Source: Octopus vulgaris (taxonomy: Eukaryota). From it: 64,000 bases of DNA. The stretch is from the NCBI GenBank assembly GCA_951406725.2, contig OX597824.1, positions 27,714,001-27,778,000 of the forward strand, written 5' to 3'. The translations under genes were made by a program, and so were the position numbers. Positions 41,971-55,500 of this stretch are shown one piece after another. The notes under the pieces are model-generated. The model was not told the DNA's origin. It did no database searches and saw only the letters and a list, made by a program, of their open reading frames with translations. Numbering within the stretch: the first letter of the stretch is position 1; every line of letters starts with the position of its first letter.

Positions 41971-42490
41971 ATCTATCTATCTATCTATCTATCTATCTGT
42001 CTATCTCCCTATTTGCATCTGTATGCATGTATAATCTTTGCACCATAATAGATTCATCCATGTATTTTATCTTCTTATTTTATCGATGTATCTCTTAACC
42101 ATCTCCTTAGCTTTCTCTTTAAAAGTTTCATTGGTGTTCTCCGTCTTCCCTACTTCTCTCTACTCGTCACATTGTTTTTGTATACAATCACTAGTCAACA
42201 CTCTCTTCCTCTCTCTCCCCCTCACGCCGTTTCTCTATGAGAATATATTCGCTTATAAATAAATGTACTACGCGATCTGTTACAGACAAATTTCTTCAAT
42301 AAATTCAGTTCTGCGACTCAGTGGTGTTTTTTATTAACTATTATCATTCATTGATAATTTTATTTTCCGTTTGTAAATTTTTCATCTATGTTCATTTTTA
42401 GTGACTTTTCTTATCGTTGTCTATCATATATTTTGTATCTGTTTCTCATTGTTTCTATCTATCTATCTATCTATCTATCTATCATCTCTT

Positions 42491-42578
<88 letters not shown>

Positions 42579-42929
42579 ATCACACATATGTGTGCGTATT
42601 TATATCTATCTATCTTTCTATCTATCAAAGAACAGTAGTTATACGCGGAGGTAAGTCATACCGCCGGCAGTACGAACACGCGACTGTAATGTCGCAAGAT
42701 GATTTCTTCAAGCCTTATTACCCGGTAGGAGAACTAGGAGTTGACCAAGAACGAGGCAGTTGGATGATATCCATAGTCTTAGTTGGTCAAGCCTGGGTAT
42801 CCAGTAGGAAATGTGACGACGGTTGTTTCTGATACGATACTATGCAGGCGGCGCTTGAGAGTTCTATGTCTGTGAAAACACTCATTAATAGTGGGCCCAG
42901 AAAATGAATGTACGTATGGATATTTCTAA

Positions 42930-43560
42930 AAATGCTATGGACAATTGCTTCGAACATCCAGCTCCTACGTCCGGATAATAAATTTATATTTATACCAATA
43001 ATAATTGGAGCACTTGGTTTTGTAAGTAAATACTTACCTGTCAGTCTGGATAAGCTTGGATTTTCAGGAAAAGAAATCAACCAACTGATTCCCACATTAC
43101 TGATTCGCAGTGTATACAGAACAGTGGAGGCGCAATGGCCCAGTGGTTAGGGCAGCGGACTCGCGGTCGTAGGATCGCGGTTTCGATTCCCAGACCGGGC
43201 GTTGTGAGTGTTTATTGAGCGAAAACACCAAAAAACTCCACGAGGCTCCGGCAGGGATGGTGGTGATCCCTGCTGTACTCTTTCACCACAACTTTCTCTC
43301 ACTCTTACTTCCTGTTTCTGTTGTACCTGTATTTCAAAGGGCCGGCCTTGTCACTCTCTGTGTCACGCTGAATATCCCCGAGAACTACGTTAAGGGTACA
43401 CGTGTCTGTGGAGTGCTCAGCCACTTACACGTTAATTTCACGAGCAGGCTGTTCCGTTGATCGGATCAACCGGAACCCTCGTCATCGGAACCGACGGAGT
43501 GCTTCCATCCATACGGAACAGTAAAATTATGCAAGACTTTTCTCAAGATGGCTGGATATT
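42930..43560 (+). mobile_element. Extreme 3' end of an R4-like restriction-endonuclease LINE, split by a SINE
   Basis: IQLLRPDNKFIFIPIIIGALGFVSKYL...LGFS...SVY(R/G)TV, resuming after the SINE as KLCKTFLKM. Confidence 0.65.
43126..43510 (+). mobile_element. SINE family C, full length with target-site duplication
   Basis: TSD atacagaacagt (43114-43125) and atacggaacagt (43511-43522); nearly identical to 20005-20391. Confidence 0.92.
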
Positions 43561-43952
43561 TCTAAATTTTGGATTTGTTATAGTTTCGGTGCAGGTTAAT
43601 TTATACTGGATTGGTCTATAGTGAAAGGAGTCACTCCGTTGATATTTCCATAATTTTAAAAGTTACTCTAGATAACTATTATTTCTAGCACGTAAATCGT
43701 TCCTCATTGACGAGTTTCCTCTATACCATTTATATCACTGACGCTACTTCAAACAATGTATTTAGCGGAAGTGGAGGTTTAACATTGCATTGCTTAACAT
43801 TCCCCCATACTCGTACAAAAAGTACGTTTCGAAAATATATACTGTGCATAAATACTATAAGCAAAAGCTCTGTTTACTGTCAAGAAATGTTATTAGAACT
43901 ATTTTGTTCATTTTATAACATTTTTAATTTCATATTGAATTCTTTCACTAAA

Positions 43953-44145
43953 TACGAGAGGATGTTGAAAAGTTCCTGCCTGTGAGTAAAAGAAAATACA
44001 GGAGGATCATATAATTATGAATTTGTTCACTATAATACTCTCTCAGATTCACATGCTTATTGCAGCGGTCCGACATTTTTCCTGAGCCCTGTAAAAGTAC
44101 TGGAAGCTTGGGTCTCCAACGAGGCCTTTCGCGATCCCCTTAAAA
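43953..44145. mobile_element. Mariner-type terminal fragment
   Basis: Begins tacgagaggatgttgaaaagttc, resembling the TIR of the 3721-3844 MITE; no partner end found. Confidence 0.5.
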
Positions 44146-44292
44146 CAACACTTCGTGCATTGTGAAGGTAAAACTGAGTAGTGGTATTACAATAAAATTA
44201 AGGGTGGTGAGTATCGGCAAAATCTATTGATGGGACTTAATGAGTTGGTTATGAACGATGAGTCGTTTGAGACGGCAGATACTCCGATTACA

Positions 44293-44522
44293 GATAAGTT
44301 CACCATCATCAATACACCGTGAAGAAAGTTCAACGTGAGGAAATTTAACCGCAAGAAAAGTTTACCGAGAAAGTATATCCATGGCATCTCGCCATTAATA
44401 CTTAAAAACTATTTTATTGGCAGGGGTGTGGGAAACTTGAGAAGAATTAAAGTTGAATAATTATTTCAAATAATTGTTACCGTTAAATTAGCCTACGGTA
44501 AATTGATGATGGTGAACTTACC
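44293..44522. mobile_element. MITE-like element with 28 bp terminal inverted repeats
   Basis: gataagttcaccatcatcaatacaccgt versus acggtaaattgatgatggtgaacttacc (3 mismatches). Confidence 0.7.
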
Positions 44523-44597
44523 AGACATGGACATTTCTCAGTAGCACTTAACTTCACTGCGGATTAAGTAAAAAAAAAAAAAAAAGAAGGAAATATA

Positions 44598-44770
44598 TTT
44601 CAAATAAACTCTTCTATTAAGATACGGAATTATGTTCTTCTGACCAAATAATTTTTCAAAAAACTCTTCTATTAAGATACGGAATTATGTTCTTCTGACC
44701 AAATAATTTTTCAAAAAACTCTTCTATTCAGATACGGAATTATGTTCTTCTGACCAAATGGTTTTTCAAA
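44598..44770. repeat. 55 bp minisatellite, about 3 copies
   Basis: aaactcttctattaagatacggaattatgttcttctgaccaaat at 44606, 44661 and 44716. Confidence 0.95.
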
Positions 44771-45520
44771 GATATTCCGAAACTTAAGTAACAGCTCGTA
44801 TTTAAATGAAAGCGACGTCGAGCGAAGTGCAAAATATTCACTGATGGCATCATAATTGAAATTGATATGATCATTAGAAAAACTAGTACTACTACTACTA
44901 CTACTGCTGCTGCTTCTGCAGCTGCTGCTGCTGCTGCATAATGAACATGGCATAAGCGTAACATATGTTGTGTCATAGGCTTTTTCAAAGACTGGATCTG
45001 CCTATCCATCTCCAGTTCTGAGTACAGCCAACATTTTATGCCGGTAAGTTATGAAATAGATGTACAAACATTTTCAGTACGTAGCTCAAACCATACGTAT
45101 ATACATACTAATGCACATGAATACATATACGTATCAATAAATGCATCTCTCTCTCTCTTTCTCTCTCTCCCTCTCTCTGTGTCCCTCTCTCTCTGTCCCT
45201 CTCTCTCTCTCCTTGTCTTCGTATACATTCGCTGCTTTCTTCCAAGGAATCTAATGCTCTTAGCTTCGTTTTTCCTAGGGGCTGGCCAGATTTTAGCAAT
45301 CTCGAGTATAATCAACCGGAATTGCGAAGATAATCTGGTACTCGACTGAGGAAAGAAAACTCCGAATGACCCGTCCTTATTTCCTTTGTATCGTTTAACT
45401 GGATGTTTTGTTGTCCCATTTTGTATTTTTATACATACATACTTACACACACACACACACATACACGCACACACACACGTCACTGGAAAAAGGATACATG
45501 TACTTGCATTGGGACCCCTT

Positions 45521-45778
45521 CACCCGCTGATGACGGGTAAATATTCAGAAACCCGGGTCCGTGCGTATCACGTCAGGTCGACGATAGGAAGAATGGCTTC
45601 CTTTTGCAAATACCGATAGGACACAGAAAGTGTGTCAATAGCCAGCTAGAGAAGATGTTCTCCTGGGGCTACAACCTACAGTAGCATCCACCCTTAGTGG
45701 TTAGCCACATTTAGATGGCAAATATCCTCCACATTGCCGTGCAGCTACTGTTTATACCTCGTTCAGAGATTTATTATA
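45521..45778 (+). mobile_element. ~255 bp non-coding hammerhead-bearing element, copy 1
   Basis: Homologous along its length to the reverse complement of 56491-56745; hammerhead at 45521-45565 (CTGATGA c gggt-aaat-attc a GAA ACCCGGGT C cgtg). Confidence 0.85.
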
Positions 45779-46471
45779 TATGTATATATATAGTATTAAT
45801 TGATAGTAGGAGATGGATTTCGTACTAGATTCTTTTTAGGTACAACATATGTTTCGATCCATTAGTCTGGGTCACTTCAGTTAAGTTGATAAAGAAGTCT
45901 CACTCAAAATTTTTACTGTCGGTTGTTATATGCTCATCAAGCTCGGCAAAAACTGTGTCAGTACTCTACTCAAAATTGAAACACGCTAATCGAATTATAC
46001 GTATTTCTCCAGATTATTTATTATATATATATGTATATGCTAACACACATGTATACATATACATAGCAATGAATGTAAATGTATGTGTTCCTCTCTCCCT
46101 ATATATATATATACACAGACATATATACATATGTATGTTTTCTCGTATAGATTTACCTTTAACACTCTCTTCTATTTCATTATTCAAAAATATTTCTCTT
46201 CCCTCTCAAAAACTGTTTCATACATCTATACAGTCACTCATTCTTTTAGGAAACAATGCAAATCTATGTTTTAAAATTCTCTACGCGTAGACTTAATTCA
46301 CATTATGGAAAATGTTCACCACCATACCACCACATAAAATCACGCACATACTGATATATACACCAAACAAACACACATATACACACGCACACCCGAAGCA
46401 CTTTCGTGCGTTCATTGATTTTGTAATTGGCTTCTATTTCGTGGTACTCTTGTTGTTGTTATCAATATCAT

Positions 46472-46556
<85 letters not shown>

Positions 46557-46791
46557 ATTGTTATTATTATTATTTGATTTTTGTTCTGAATACGATACGT
46601 TTCGCTTTCGCTCTCTCTGGCTAACATTAACGTACATCACGTACAAGATGACATGCATTAATAATTACACACACACACACACACACATACACACACACAC
46701 ACATACATACATATATGTGTGTGCGTATGTGTATGTGTATATATATATATATACATATATGTATATGTATATATATATATACATATATGTG

Positions 46792-46840
<49 letters not shown>

Positions 46841-46841
46841 G

Positions 46842-46896
<55 letters not shown>

Positions 46897-47384
46897 ATAA
46901 TGCAACTTACAAAAATCTCTTGCAACTGAAAATGTCAGCAAGCTGATTAATAAATATTCTAATTCAGTTTAGTCATTCATTTTTAAAGTTCTGCACTCAC
47001 ACACACACACACACACACATACACACATAGACACACACACGTACACACACAATTGTTCCTAGAGTTACCCTTTCGTTTTCCTTGCTCAACATATTTAATT
47101 CTTTCATTTTCCCTTTTATTTATCCCTCTCTTAGGAATCTCTTTCTCTCTGTAGTTCTTTTTCTTTCACTCTTTCTCTGCTTTTCATTCTACCTCTCTCT
47201 CTCGATCTCTCTGCTCCTCTTACTGCCCCTCTTTCTGTTGCATTCTCTCTGTAGACTCCTACAAAGGCGCCGTGATTCCGAAAAGATACAATTGAAAACC
47301 ATAACAATATGAACATTTTCGGGTCAGATTTAAACCAAAATGAGAATACACACACACACACACAAACACACATACACACACACT

Positions 47385-47416
<32 letters not shown>

Positions 47417-47559
47417 AACATGCATACATGCATACATGTATACCTTCATACATGCATACATAAATTCATTCATAGAAATATACATATATATATTTATACA
47501 CACACACACAAACACACACATATACACACACATATATCTATATATAACAAAGAATAAGA

Positions 47560-47752
47560 ATAATAGAAAAAAGATCAACAACAACAGGATAATAATGGTG
47601 ACGATAATAATAATAGTAATAATAACAATCTTTATTATTATTATTATTGATATAATAATAAAAATAATAAAAGTAATAATAATAATAATATTAATAATAA
47701 TAATAATAACAAAAACAATAATAACAATAACAATAACAATAATAATAATAAT

Positions 47753-47808
<56 letters not shown>

Positions 47809-47930
47809 TAATAATAATAATTATAATAAGGATGATAATAATAACGTTAATACTAATATATAATAATAAAAATAATGATAATAACACTTTCAACAACAAT
47901 ATATTGAATGATATTAATAATAAATAATGG
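47560..47930. repeat. Degenerate (TAA)n microsatellite
   Basis: Direct reading. Confidence 0.9.
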
Positions 47931-48546
47931 ATTATATTTGTGAACAAGGGGATGAGGTTGGAATGAGAAAGGATAAATGGAATTATATGATAAAAATGTT
48001 AAGCAAGAGAATACATTTTGAATGGTAGAAACGGGAGAGAGATTAAATTGAAAGTAATGCATTTGCAATTAGGGAAGGAAATAGCATTCTCCGTTTAGAG
48101 TGTATGTTACCGGAAGTAGTGACAAAAGAAAGGGGGAGATAAATGAAATTCCGCAATTATTTCTGCTGGTATATTTGTCCATAGTTGCATACGTACATAC
48201 GTAATGTTTATTTCGTCTATTTTCTGGCAGCTGGTGATATTGTTATTTTTAGCTAATGCTGTTGTTGTCGATGTTATGGCTCTTCTTCCTCTTGTTATTG
48301 TTATTGTTGTTGCTTTTGTTGATGTTGCAGTTATCGTTGCTGTTATTTTTTTTTTTTGATGTTGCTTTCGTCATGTTCTTATTGTTGAGGACTAGATTTA
48401 TAACCAGATTTATAGAACTTAATATATAAATGAAATTATAATGCTTGGCAGAGTTGTAATAAATAATGCAGCATTTTGGATAAACCCTTTATTTTTTTTT
48501 TTTATGTTCCTGTTTGGAAATACACTATTGTATCATGAGCGTGTAG

Positions 48547-48933
48547 AAGGGAGCGAAATGCACAGGGGTTAAGAAATGACGAGTATTTTAATGTATGCGT
48601 AGATGTTAAGAAAATATATCATTGTGAAGAAATACGTATTTAAATAATTGAAGTAGAATTGCGTCAATGACCAGGTCCCAAAAAGTGCGAAGATAATTTT
48701 GATATAAAGGGAGCAAATTGCACAGGGGTTAAGAAATGACGAGTATTTTAATGTATGCGTAGATGTTAAGAAAATATATCATTGTGAAGAAATACGTATT
48801 TAAATAATTGAAGTAGAATTGCGTCAATGTTAAGAAAATATATCATTGTGAAGAAATACGTATTTAAATAATTGAAGTAGAATTGCGTCAATGACCAGGT
48901 CCCAAAAAGTGCGAAGACAATTTTGATATAAAG
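48547..48933. repeat. 160 bp tandem duplication with a nested 64 bp duplication in the second copy
   Basis: cacaggggttaag at 48561 and 48721; atgttaagaaaata at 48763 and 48827. Confidence 0.95.
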
Positions 48934-49959
48934 TAACAATTGATTAAGCTCTCAGGTCCTATCACACGCCGTAGAAGTGCAACTCCGCAGTTTTCAAAGA
49001 AACTTATGCACGTTTTTATGGCTTAATCGAGCATATTGAGGGCACATTAGCTTCCGTTTCTGGGAAGTTCAGGAACTTTTAGACGCTTACTTTTTTGTGT
49101 TTATACTATTAGAAGTACAGCATGGTATCGGATATTGCCACTATAAATTGGATCATTGTGGAAATTATACAGCACATAATTGAATTCCGTTGTTCTGATA
49201 CAAAATAATTGCTTATGGGATAAATTCGTTGGTTGCTAATTTCCACATGTCACTCCACCGTCATACGTCTGAGAAAAAGGTAATATTCATTCAAATTTCA
49301 GAAACGATAAACAGAAGAGATAGACTTACAGAAAACCCTATAAAACACCACAATAGAAGTAAATTTCGTGTTCATTCAGTTCGCATTGAAAAGGTTTAAA
49401 ATGAAAGATAAATCGGAAACTAATTCATCTCATAACACAATATTTGTACATCAAGATGTAAACATCGTTATTCGATGCTTCGGTGTATTAAAAATAGCCA
49501 ATGTGAGGAATATGTACAAATGTGTCTCGAAACAATTCAAATAACGAGTGGATAACAACCAGTTAACAATCATCACAAATCAGCGAATTAAGCGATACGA
49601 AATGCAGCATACTTGGAAATGTCAGATTTTTCGACACTCATGAGACATGGATTCAATTGTAAGCTTAATGTCATGTGTTTCTATGTCCTACCAAATATGT
49701 AAGTTATATCTTCACTCCAATGAAAGTCTCTCTCCGCAACAGATTTTCTCACCTATTTTCAATCAAATCTTCCCTCTATAACACGCGACAGTGTCACAAT
49801 AGATATATAGATATAATGTTAGATACATTTTATTTTGAATCAAATACAGATGAGCTCGGATTCAAGACTTTTGAACTGGTTCAACGTAGTTAGAACTAAC
49901 ATTTGTCTATATAACAACACTAATCATCAGTGCAAGGAATATATTCAGAAAAATACTGA

Positions 49960-50575
49960 AGCAGAATTATCATTTCATTCAAGAAGTTTGAACTCAAAGT
50001 CAAATTACTCTAAAATCATTGGGTTTGAAAGCGGGTTATACATTAGTTAATGTAGTCTGGGACATACATCATATACATTAATGCCAGCATCGAGATTACG
50101 AGTCAGGATATTTTAAATCAGTGTCATTCTATAGCGAAATAATGATATCGTATGATATGTAAGATTCAGCCATGTAGAATGGATGAATATCTTCGTGTCG
50201 GAATAGATTCTCTAATAATTAGAGAATAATTTAAGTTGAAACGAATATATAATTGGCATCCCAAAGAGAATATAATTAATGTGGTGTTATTACGTCTTAA
50301 TAACACGTCTTACATCGGCAAAAATATCAAAATGTAAACGCAGTTCAAATAACCGTCTATTATAAATGAATATTATTAAGTTATAATAATTCTTACATCG
50401 ACAAAATTGAAAACAAAACTACACAGCAATCCTTACATTTTATATATATAAGTAAAGCCAATGAGGGAATTATCATTTCGTTCAAGCAGTTTGAATTGAA
50501 AGGCCAAATTAACCTCAAATGGTAGGGTTTGAAACCGCGAATTACATTAGATAATGTAGTCCCGGATATACTATG
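49960..50575. repeat. Old local duplication of ~105 bp (49964-50067 and 50467-50572)
   Basis: gaattatcatttc.ttcaag.agtttgaa...gggtttgaaa...tacattag.taatgtagtc..gga.atac in both. Confidence 0.7.
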
Positions 50576-51309
50576 TAAGCTTCAATAAATATGTATGGTT
50601 GACTCAAGAAGATGTATTGAATCCGAATCAATCAGGATCAAAGTAAAACAACAACGACAACAACCGCTTCATATCAGGTCATTTATTTCATAGAACCGTA
50701 GAAAGGATTAGCAATATTGCCTCTAGCAAAATCTAAACTAAAGATTAAATATGAGTGAGGTGAGTTTGCAGAAATCATTTATAATTTACTGTTTCCTGAA
50801 AAATATGTCCCATTTTTCTTGCAGATTTCCCCAAAAACAATTTTGATCGAAGGATAGCAATTATCAACAGCTTTCGAGGCGTGACATACCAGCTTTAATT
50901 CATAAATATGTCTACAATACAGAGTCGTTATCATTGCCTTTAGTGACATACTTATTGCCTTGCTGATGACTAGCTGCTTCTTTGTCTGAAAGTATATATT
51001 TGATAGGCATTTATTGGTTGAAGGACAAATATGGTAAACGAGGAAATACTAGCCTGAGGAGTGATCGATACAGTGCCAAAATTGTATGTATATCAACAGG
51101 ATTGGTAAGTAAATAGATTAATATACCAATTAATTATGGATCGGTTATGCATATTCACACATCTTCATATTTTGGTTCTGACCCGATATCTTCACCAAGT
51201 TTATTTAATTATCAGCGTTTAACCACATATTATAGTATTTTTGGTTTATGACCAGGTGAGGGCACCTTGGTTAATATTTCCTATTTCGCATTGATATAAA
51301 AAGATTCCT

Positions 51310-51470
51310 TAAGGCGGCAAGCTGGCAGAATCGGTACCACGCCAGGAAAAAAGCTTAGCGGTATTTCGTACGTCTGTACTTTCTGAGTTCAAATTCCGTC
51401 GAGCTCGACGTTGCTTTCCATTTTTTTCGGGGACGATAACATAAATACCATTTGAACACCGGGATCGATA
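51310..51470 (+). mobile_element. SINE family A, 3'-truncated
   Basis: taaggcggcaagctggcagaatcg...gcttagcggtatttcg...ttctgagttcaaattccg. Confidence 0.75.
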
Positions 51471-52289
51471 AGATATTCTACAAAAGAAGATCGATGTTTT
51501 GAAGTATAAATCCAAAAAGCAGCAGAAAAGTAGCAAAAAATTTCAAATTTCAAATACTTCTACATGTGAGATGCTGGATACATATGTAGATACCTACGTA
51601 GAAGGATGTTCGGAAATCTGATGACTGGGGCTATTTTGTGCGAGTCCTGCTGAGAAAATACTGTGGCATAAATTTCCTCTGACATTTCTCACGAGAGACC
51701 CATTAATCACAGAGAGACGACACATTTACATCTTTGATAGGATTATAGAGTACTGAGGTTCAAAAATAAATTGACGGTGAATACTAATGAATGATTTAGG
51801 GTAACTGCTACGTATATTCGTAGATATTTACATACATGCAAACATATATACATATACATATATGAATGTGTTTATATATGAGTGTAGGTATACGCAAGGA
51901 GTAGCATATACGAAATATCAATGGATTAGAGACAGCATGTTCACGTCATAACTAAGCCTAAAATATCAATAACAAAAATGTAGGAATCCAAATATTTTAA
52001 AGAATAGCTGCGGAAGAAGAAAAATTGAACTTAAGTAATATAACCTTCTCAGAATAATAAACAACAGCCTTTTGATACTTTATTTATATAAATATATTTT
52101 TGCAGATATAGAAGTAAGATTAAGAATATAAGTTTTTAAAAGTTACCTTCTCTAATCTCTGTCAATTTTTTAAAATATTTTTAGAAATACAAATTTAAAG
52201 GAAATGCTTACATTAGCCATAAAACAGAGATTGAATATTGTAGCTAAATATCATACAAAAAAAAATATTTTTATTGATTTCAAGCTATA

Positions 52290-52495
52290 GCACAAGGCCA
52301 CCAAAAAAGGGTGGGGAAGGATAAGTCTATTACATCGATCCCGGTGATCAACGGGTGTTTATTTTATCGATCCCAAAAGGATGAAAAGCAACGACGACCC
52401 CAGTGGATTTTTGAATGTCAGAACGTACAAACAGACGAAATGCTACTAGGCATTTTCCCAACGTGTTAAGTATTCTGCCAGCTCGCCGCCTCAAG
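52290..52495 (-). mobile_element. SINE family A monomer
   Basis: cagaacgtac...gacgaaatgc...ctgccagctcgccgcct. Confidence 0.75.
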
Positions 52496-53089
52496 GAAAT
52501 TATTCATATATCCAACAAAGCTTAGATATGAATATTTAAATACAGAATATTTTATATTGTATCATAAATACCATAGTCGACTCGATTTTTTTCTTTACGC
52601 GCTTGGTAAAAGAAGTATGTGAGAAATACTACTGTCCTCACATTCAACATTAACCCCGCCCAACCCCAATCTGTTATGGATTGCCAGATTCACTAGAGCG
52701 CCAGTTAAAATCAATTGCGTATTTGTGTGTTTGTGTGTGTGTGTATGTGTGTGTGCGTGTGTGTTTTTGCGTGATAGCGTATGCTATTGTGAAGATATAT
52801 TTGACTAAGAGTAAGTGAAACTTGGATTAGATACATTTCAACCGAAGATAGATGTTTTGCAATATGAATCTCAAAAGCAGGCGAATAGTAGAGGCAAAAT
52901 ATTTCAAATTTCATTGTTTGATCATAAAATGTATATAGCATTGTCATATATATAGATACATATATACAAAATATGGGGGCTTAGTTCATAGGTGATCTAA
53001 ACAATCAGGTACACGGGGTAAGTACTGTAGTGGATTACCATGGTTCCAAGGTTATAGCCGAGACGGGGATTATGGAACTACTGTAGATT

Positions 53090-54790
53090 TCTGATATAGC
53101 GGACACTCATATCCTTCGATAATAAGCTTTGGTCCCGTGCTAACCTCAGTACTAAAAGAAACAACTTCTTTGAAATAACCATGGGCGCACCCGACTCCGC
53201 TCAGGTCACGGATCTAGTCGGACTGTACCTCCTTCAACAGATCCACACACAATTCCCCCACATCAAAGGAGGTTTATAGAGAGTTGATTCATTGTTAATT
53301 GCAACAGGCCTAACAGAATCTGCATTAGAAAGAACTAGAAAACTTTTACATAAATTCTTCGGCAACTTCAACCTATCTCTTTGAAAACTCTTAAAGACAG
53401 CAAATTTTCTACATGTTACATTAGATTTAAATACTTCACTCTACTTCCCTTATCATAAACCCAGTGAGTACCTTAAGTACATCAACACCGAATCTAGCCA
53501 ACATAAATCTATTTTCCAGAGTATAATCAACGACATATCCATCAAAATACCCGATCTATCCTTCACTGAGGAAATCTTCTACGTACTACAATCAGGCTCT
53601 AGCTGCTATTGGTTTCTCCTAGAAGATTAAATTGATACCAAACACTACACGTAAAGAACACCTCTCGAAACTTTACCCTAGACAATCGTGCCCACATATT
53701 GGATATAGAAATCCTCTCACTATGGTTGGAAATCTCGCCCACCTAGCACCCACAGGCATAACACTAGACCTAAGAATACTAACATGAAACATTCCAACTC
53801 CCCTCTATCATAAATTAGGAATTACACCTCCCCAAATGTTCCTAATAGAAGCGGCGGGAGATCTATTCTCTGGTATATACCTCCATTGACTTTAAACGTT
53901 AAGGGCCTTGCCAAAGCATTCTTTAAAACAGTATAACCACAAATATCATTCTATCTTTAACAGATCCACTTTGAAATTATCTTATTCCTCTACAGCAAAT
54001 GTAGAATCTATTATCACCTCATCTAACAAACATAAATTTTTCTCTTACTAAGCTCTTACAACAAACGATACTACTAATAATTATTTTCTAATGTCGTATA
54101 CCAATGCATTGTCCACAACATAGTAAGTAATTCTAATAGCTACCATATTGGATCTACCACAAATTTTAAGCAAAGATATCATGCACATTTAAACTCGTTT
54201 AAATATAAAGAGAATAGCAATTCCACATCACTAGCCAGCCACGTACTACATATGATTAATAGAAAAATACATTATATACTATCCTGGGCTATAAAAGATT
54301 CTGGCATCCCATATCAGGGGATATTCTTATATACCTTATTTTATCTTTAATATCAATCTTTGCTTTCCTCCTTCACTCTCTCTACCTCTCTATCTATTTA
54401 TTTTTCTTTCTCTTTATCCCTTAATAGCTACCTCTGCTCCCATTCTCTTACAGAACGTCGATACGTTCGCGTTTATTTCTTGATAATTACGCTATTAAGC
54501 CTTGAACCAACATGGATTTACACAAGAATGCACCTAAGGACCTAAGGACTAAACGATCTACATCAACATACCTTTCTCCTTTTTCTTCATCTCCTTATTC
54601 CCTATTTCATTCCCTGTATGTCGTCATTTCATTAATCTATACACTTTCATTTTTTCTATTTGTCTGCCATGACAGAATATCCCATACACTGCGATCTCCC
54701 AGAAACAGTTGTAAGGCTTTGAATTTTTCCAATAATAATAACGTATATGACTTGAGATGTTTGTCTAACCTTAACGTTTTTTGTCCACTT
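53090..54790 (+). mobile_element. Decayed Penelope-like element: RT, GIY-YIG endonuclease and 3' terminal region
   Basis: FEITMGAPDSAQVTDLVGLYLL..GGLYR; NFLHVTLDLNTSLYFPYHKP..LKYINTESS; RSILWYIPP; IFNRSTLKLSYSST; NVVYQC...YHIGSTTNFKQRYHAHLNSFKY..NSTSLASHV; many frameshifts; hammerhead remnant at 54662-54717. Confidence 0.88.
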
Positions 54791-54799
54791 TAACTAATA

Positions 54800-54838
<39 letters not shown>

Positions 54839-55048
54839 GTGTGTGTAGCAATGTATCACCGAAAACGAAAACTCTAATTGTCATTAAATATAACGGTTGG
54901 GTGTTAGAACACATACAATGCTGAGAGTATGTGCGTATACTATTATGTTCGTTGACTGTGGCATCAGAGCGTTTTAGCTCTCATTTCTAGCGTTGTAGGT
55001 TTTATAAAACCCTCAGTCACACCCACATACAGACACAGACAAAGACAT

Positions 55049-55122
<74 letters not shown>

Positions 55123-55140
55123 TTATATTTATTTTGTATT

Positions 55141-55193
<53 letters not shown>

Positions 55194-55249
55194 CATATAT
55201 ATATATATATGTATGTATATATGTATGCATATACACCTAAGTTACAATG

Positions 55250-55500
55250 TGACCTCCTTCTTTGTGTTGGCCATGTGATTCGGTTGCCGGCTAACCAGCC
55301 CCTTCAAACATGGAAGCAAGCCTCATGTCTGTCTAAATCTCCGTTTCCAAGATCTTCCAAGCGGTGTCTTATTTTACTTTGGTGTCCCTTCCAAACGATT
55401 GAAGACACTGGCAGTTAATCGGAGGACATGGAAGTCCGTTTGTGATGCTAGAACAAAGCGCTTGGAAACCGAATGCAGGACACTGCATGAAAAAGAAGGA
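55250..55500 (+). mobile_element. RTE-like LINE C-terminal fragment
   Basis: [11 protein letters not shown]...LRFQD...[15 protein letters not shown] resembles the RTE WxGHVxR...LAxDRxxW C-terminus. Confidence 0.6.

Noticed and set aside
44598-44770. Regularly spaced repeats (also the SINE A arrays) as a CRISPR array
   Set aside because: No unique spacers, eukaryotic context and no cas genes
44979-45335. Possible small exons (donor GTAAGT at ~45044; acceptor before a GWPDF-reading frame)
   Set aside because: Weak acceptor, early stop and no recognisable domain; the WPD similarity to phosphatases is too short
45841-45890. Further hammerhead-like motif on the minus strand (ctgaagt gaccc...ggatc GAA ACATATGT)
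   Set aside because: Core A9 is missing and there is no convincing stem I; may be a relic but cannot be supported
51618-51665. CTGATGA words here and at ~16845 and ~50964
   Set aside because: No properly spaced stem II, GAAA, stem III and stem I
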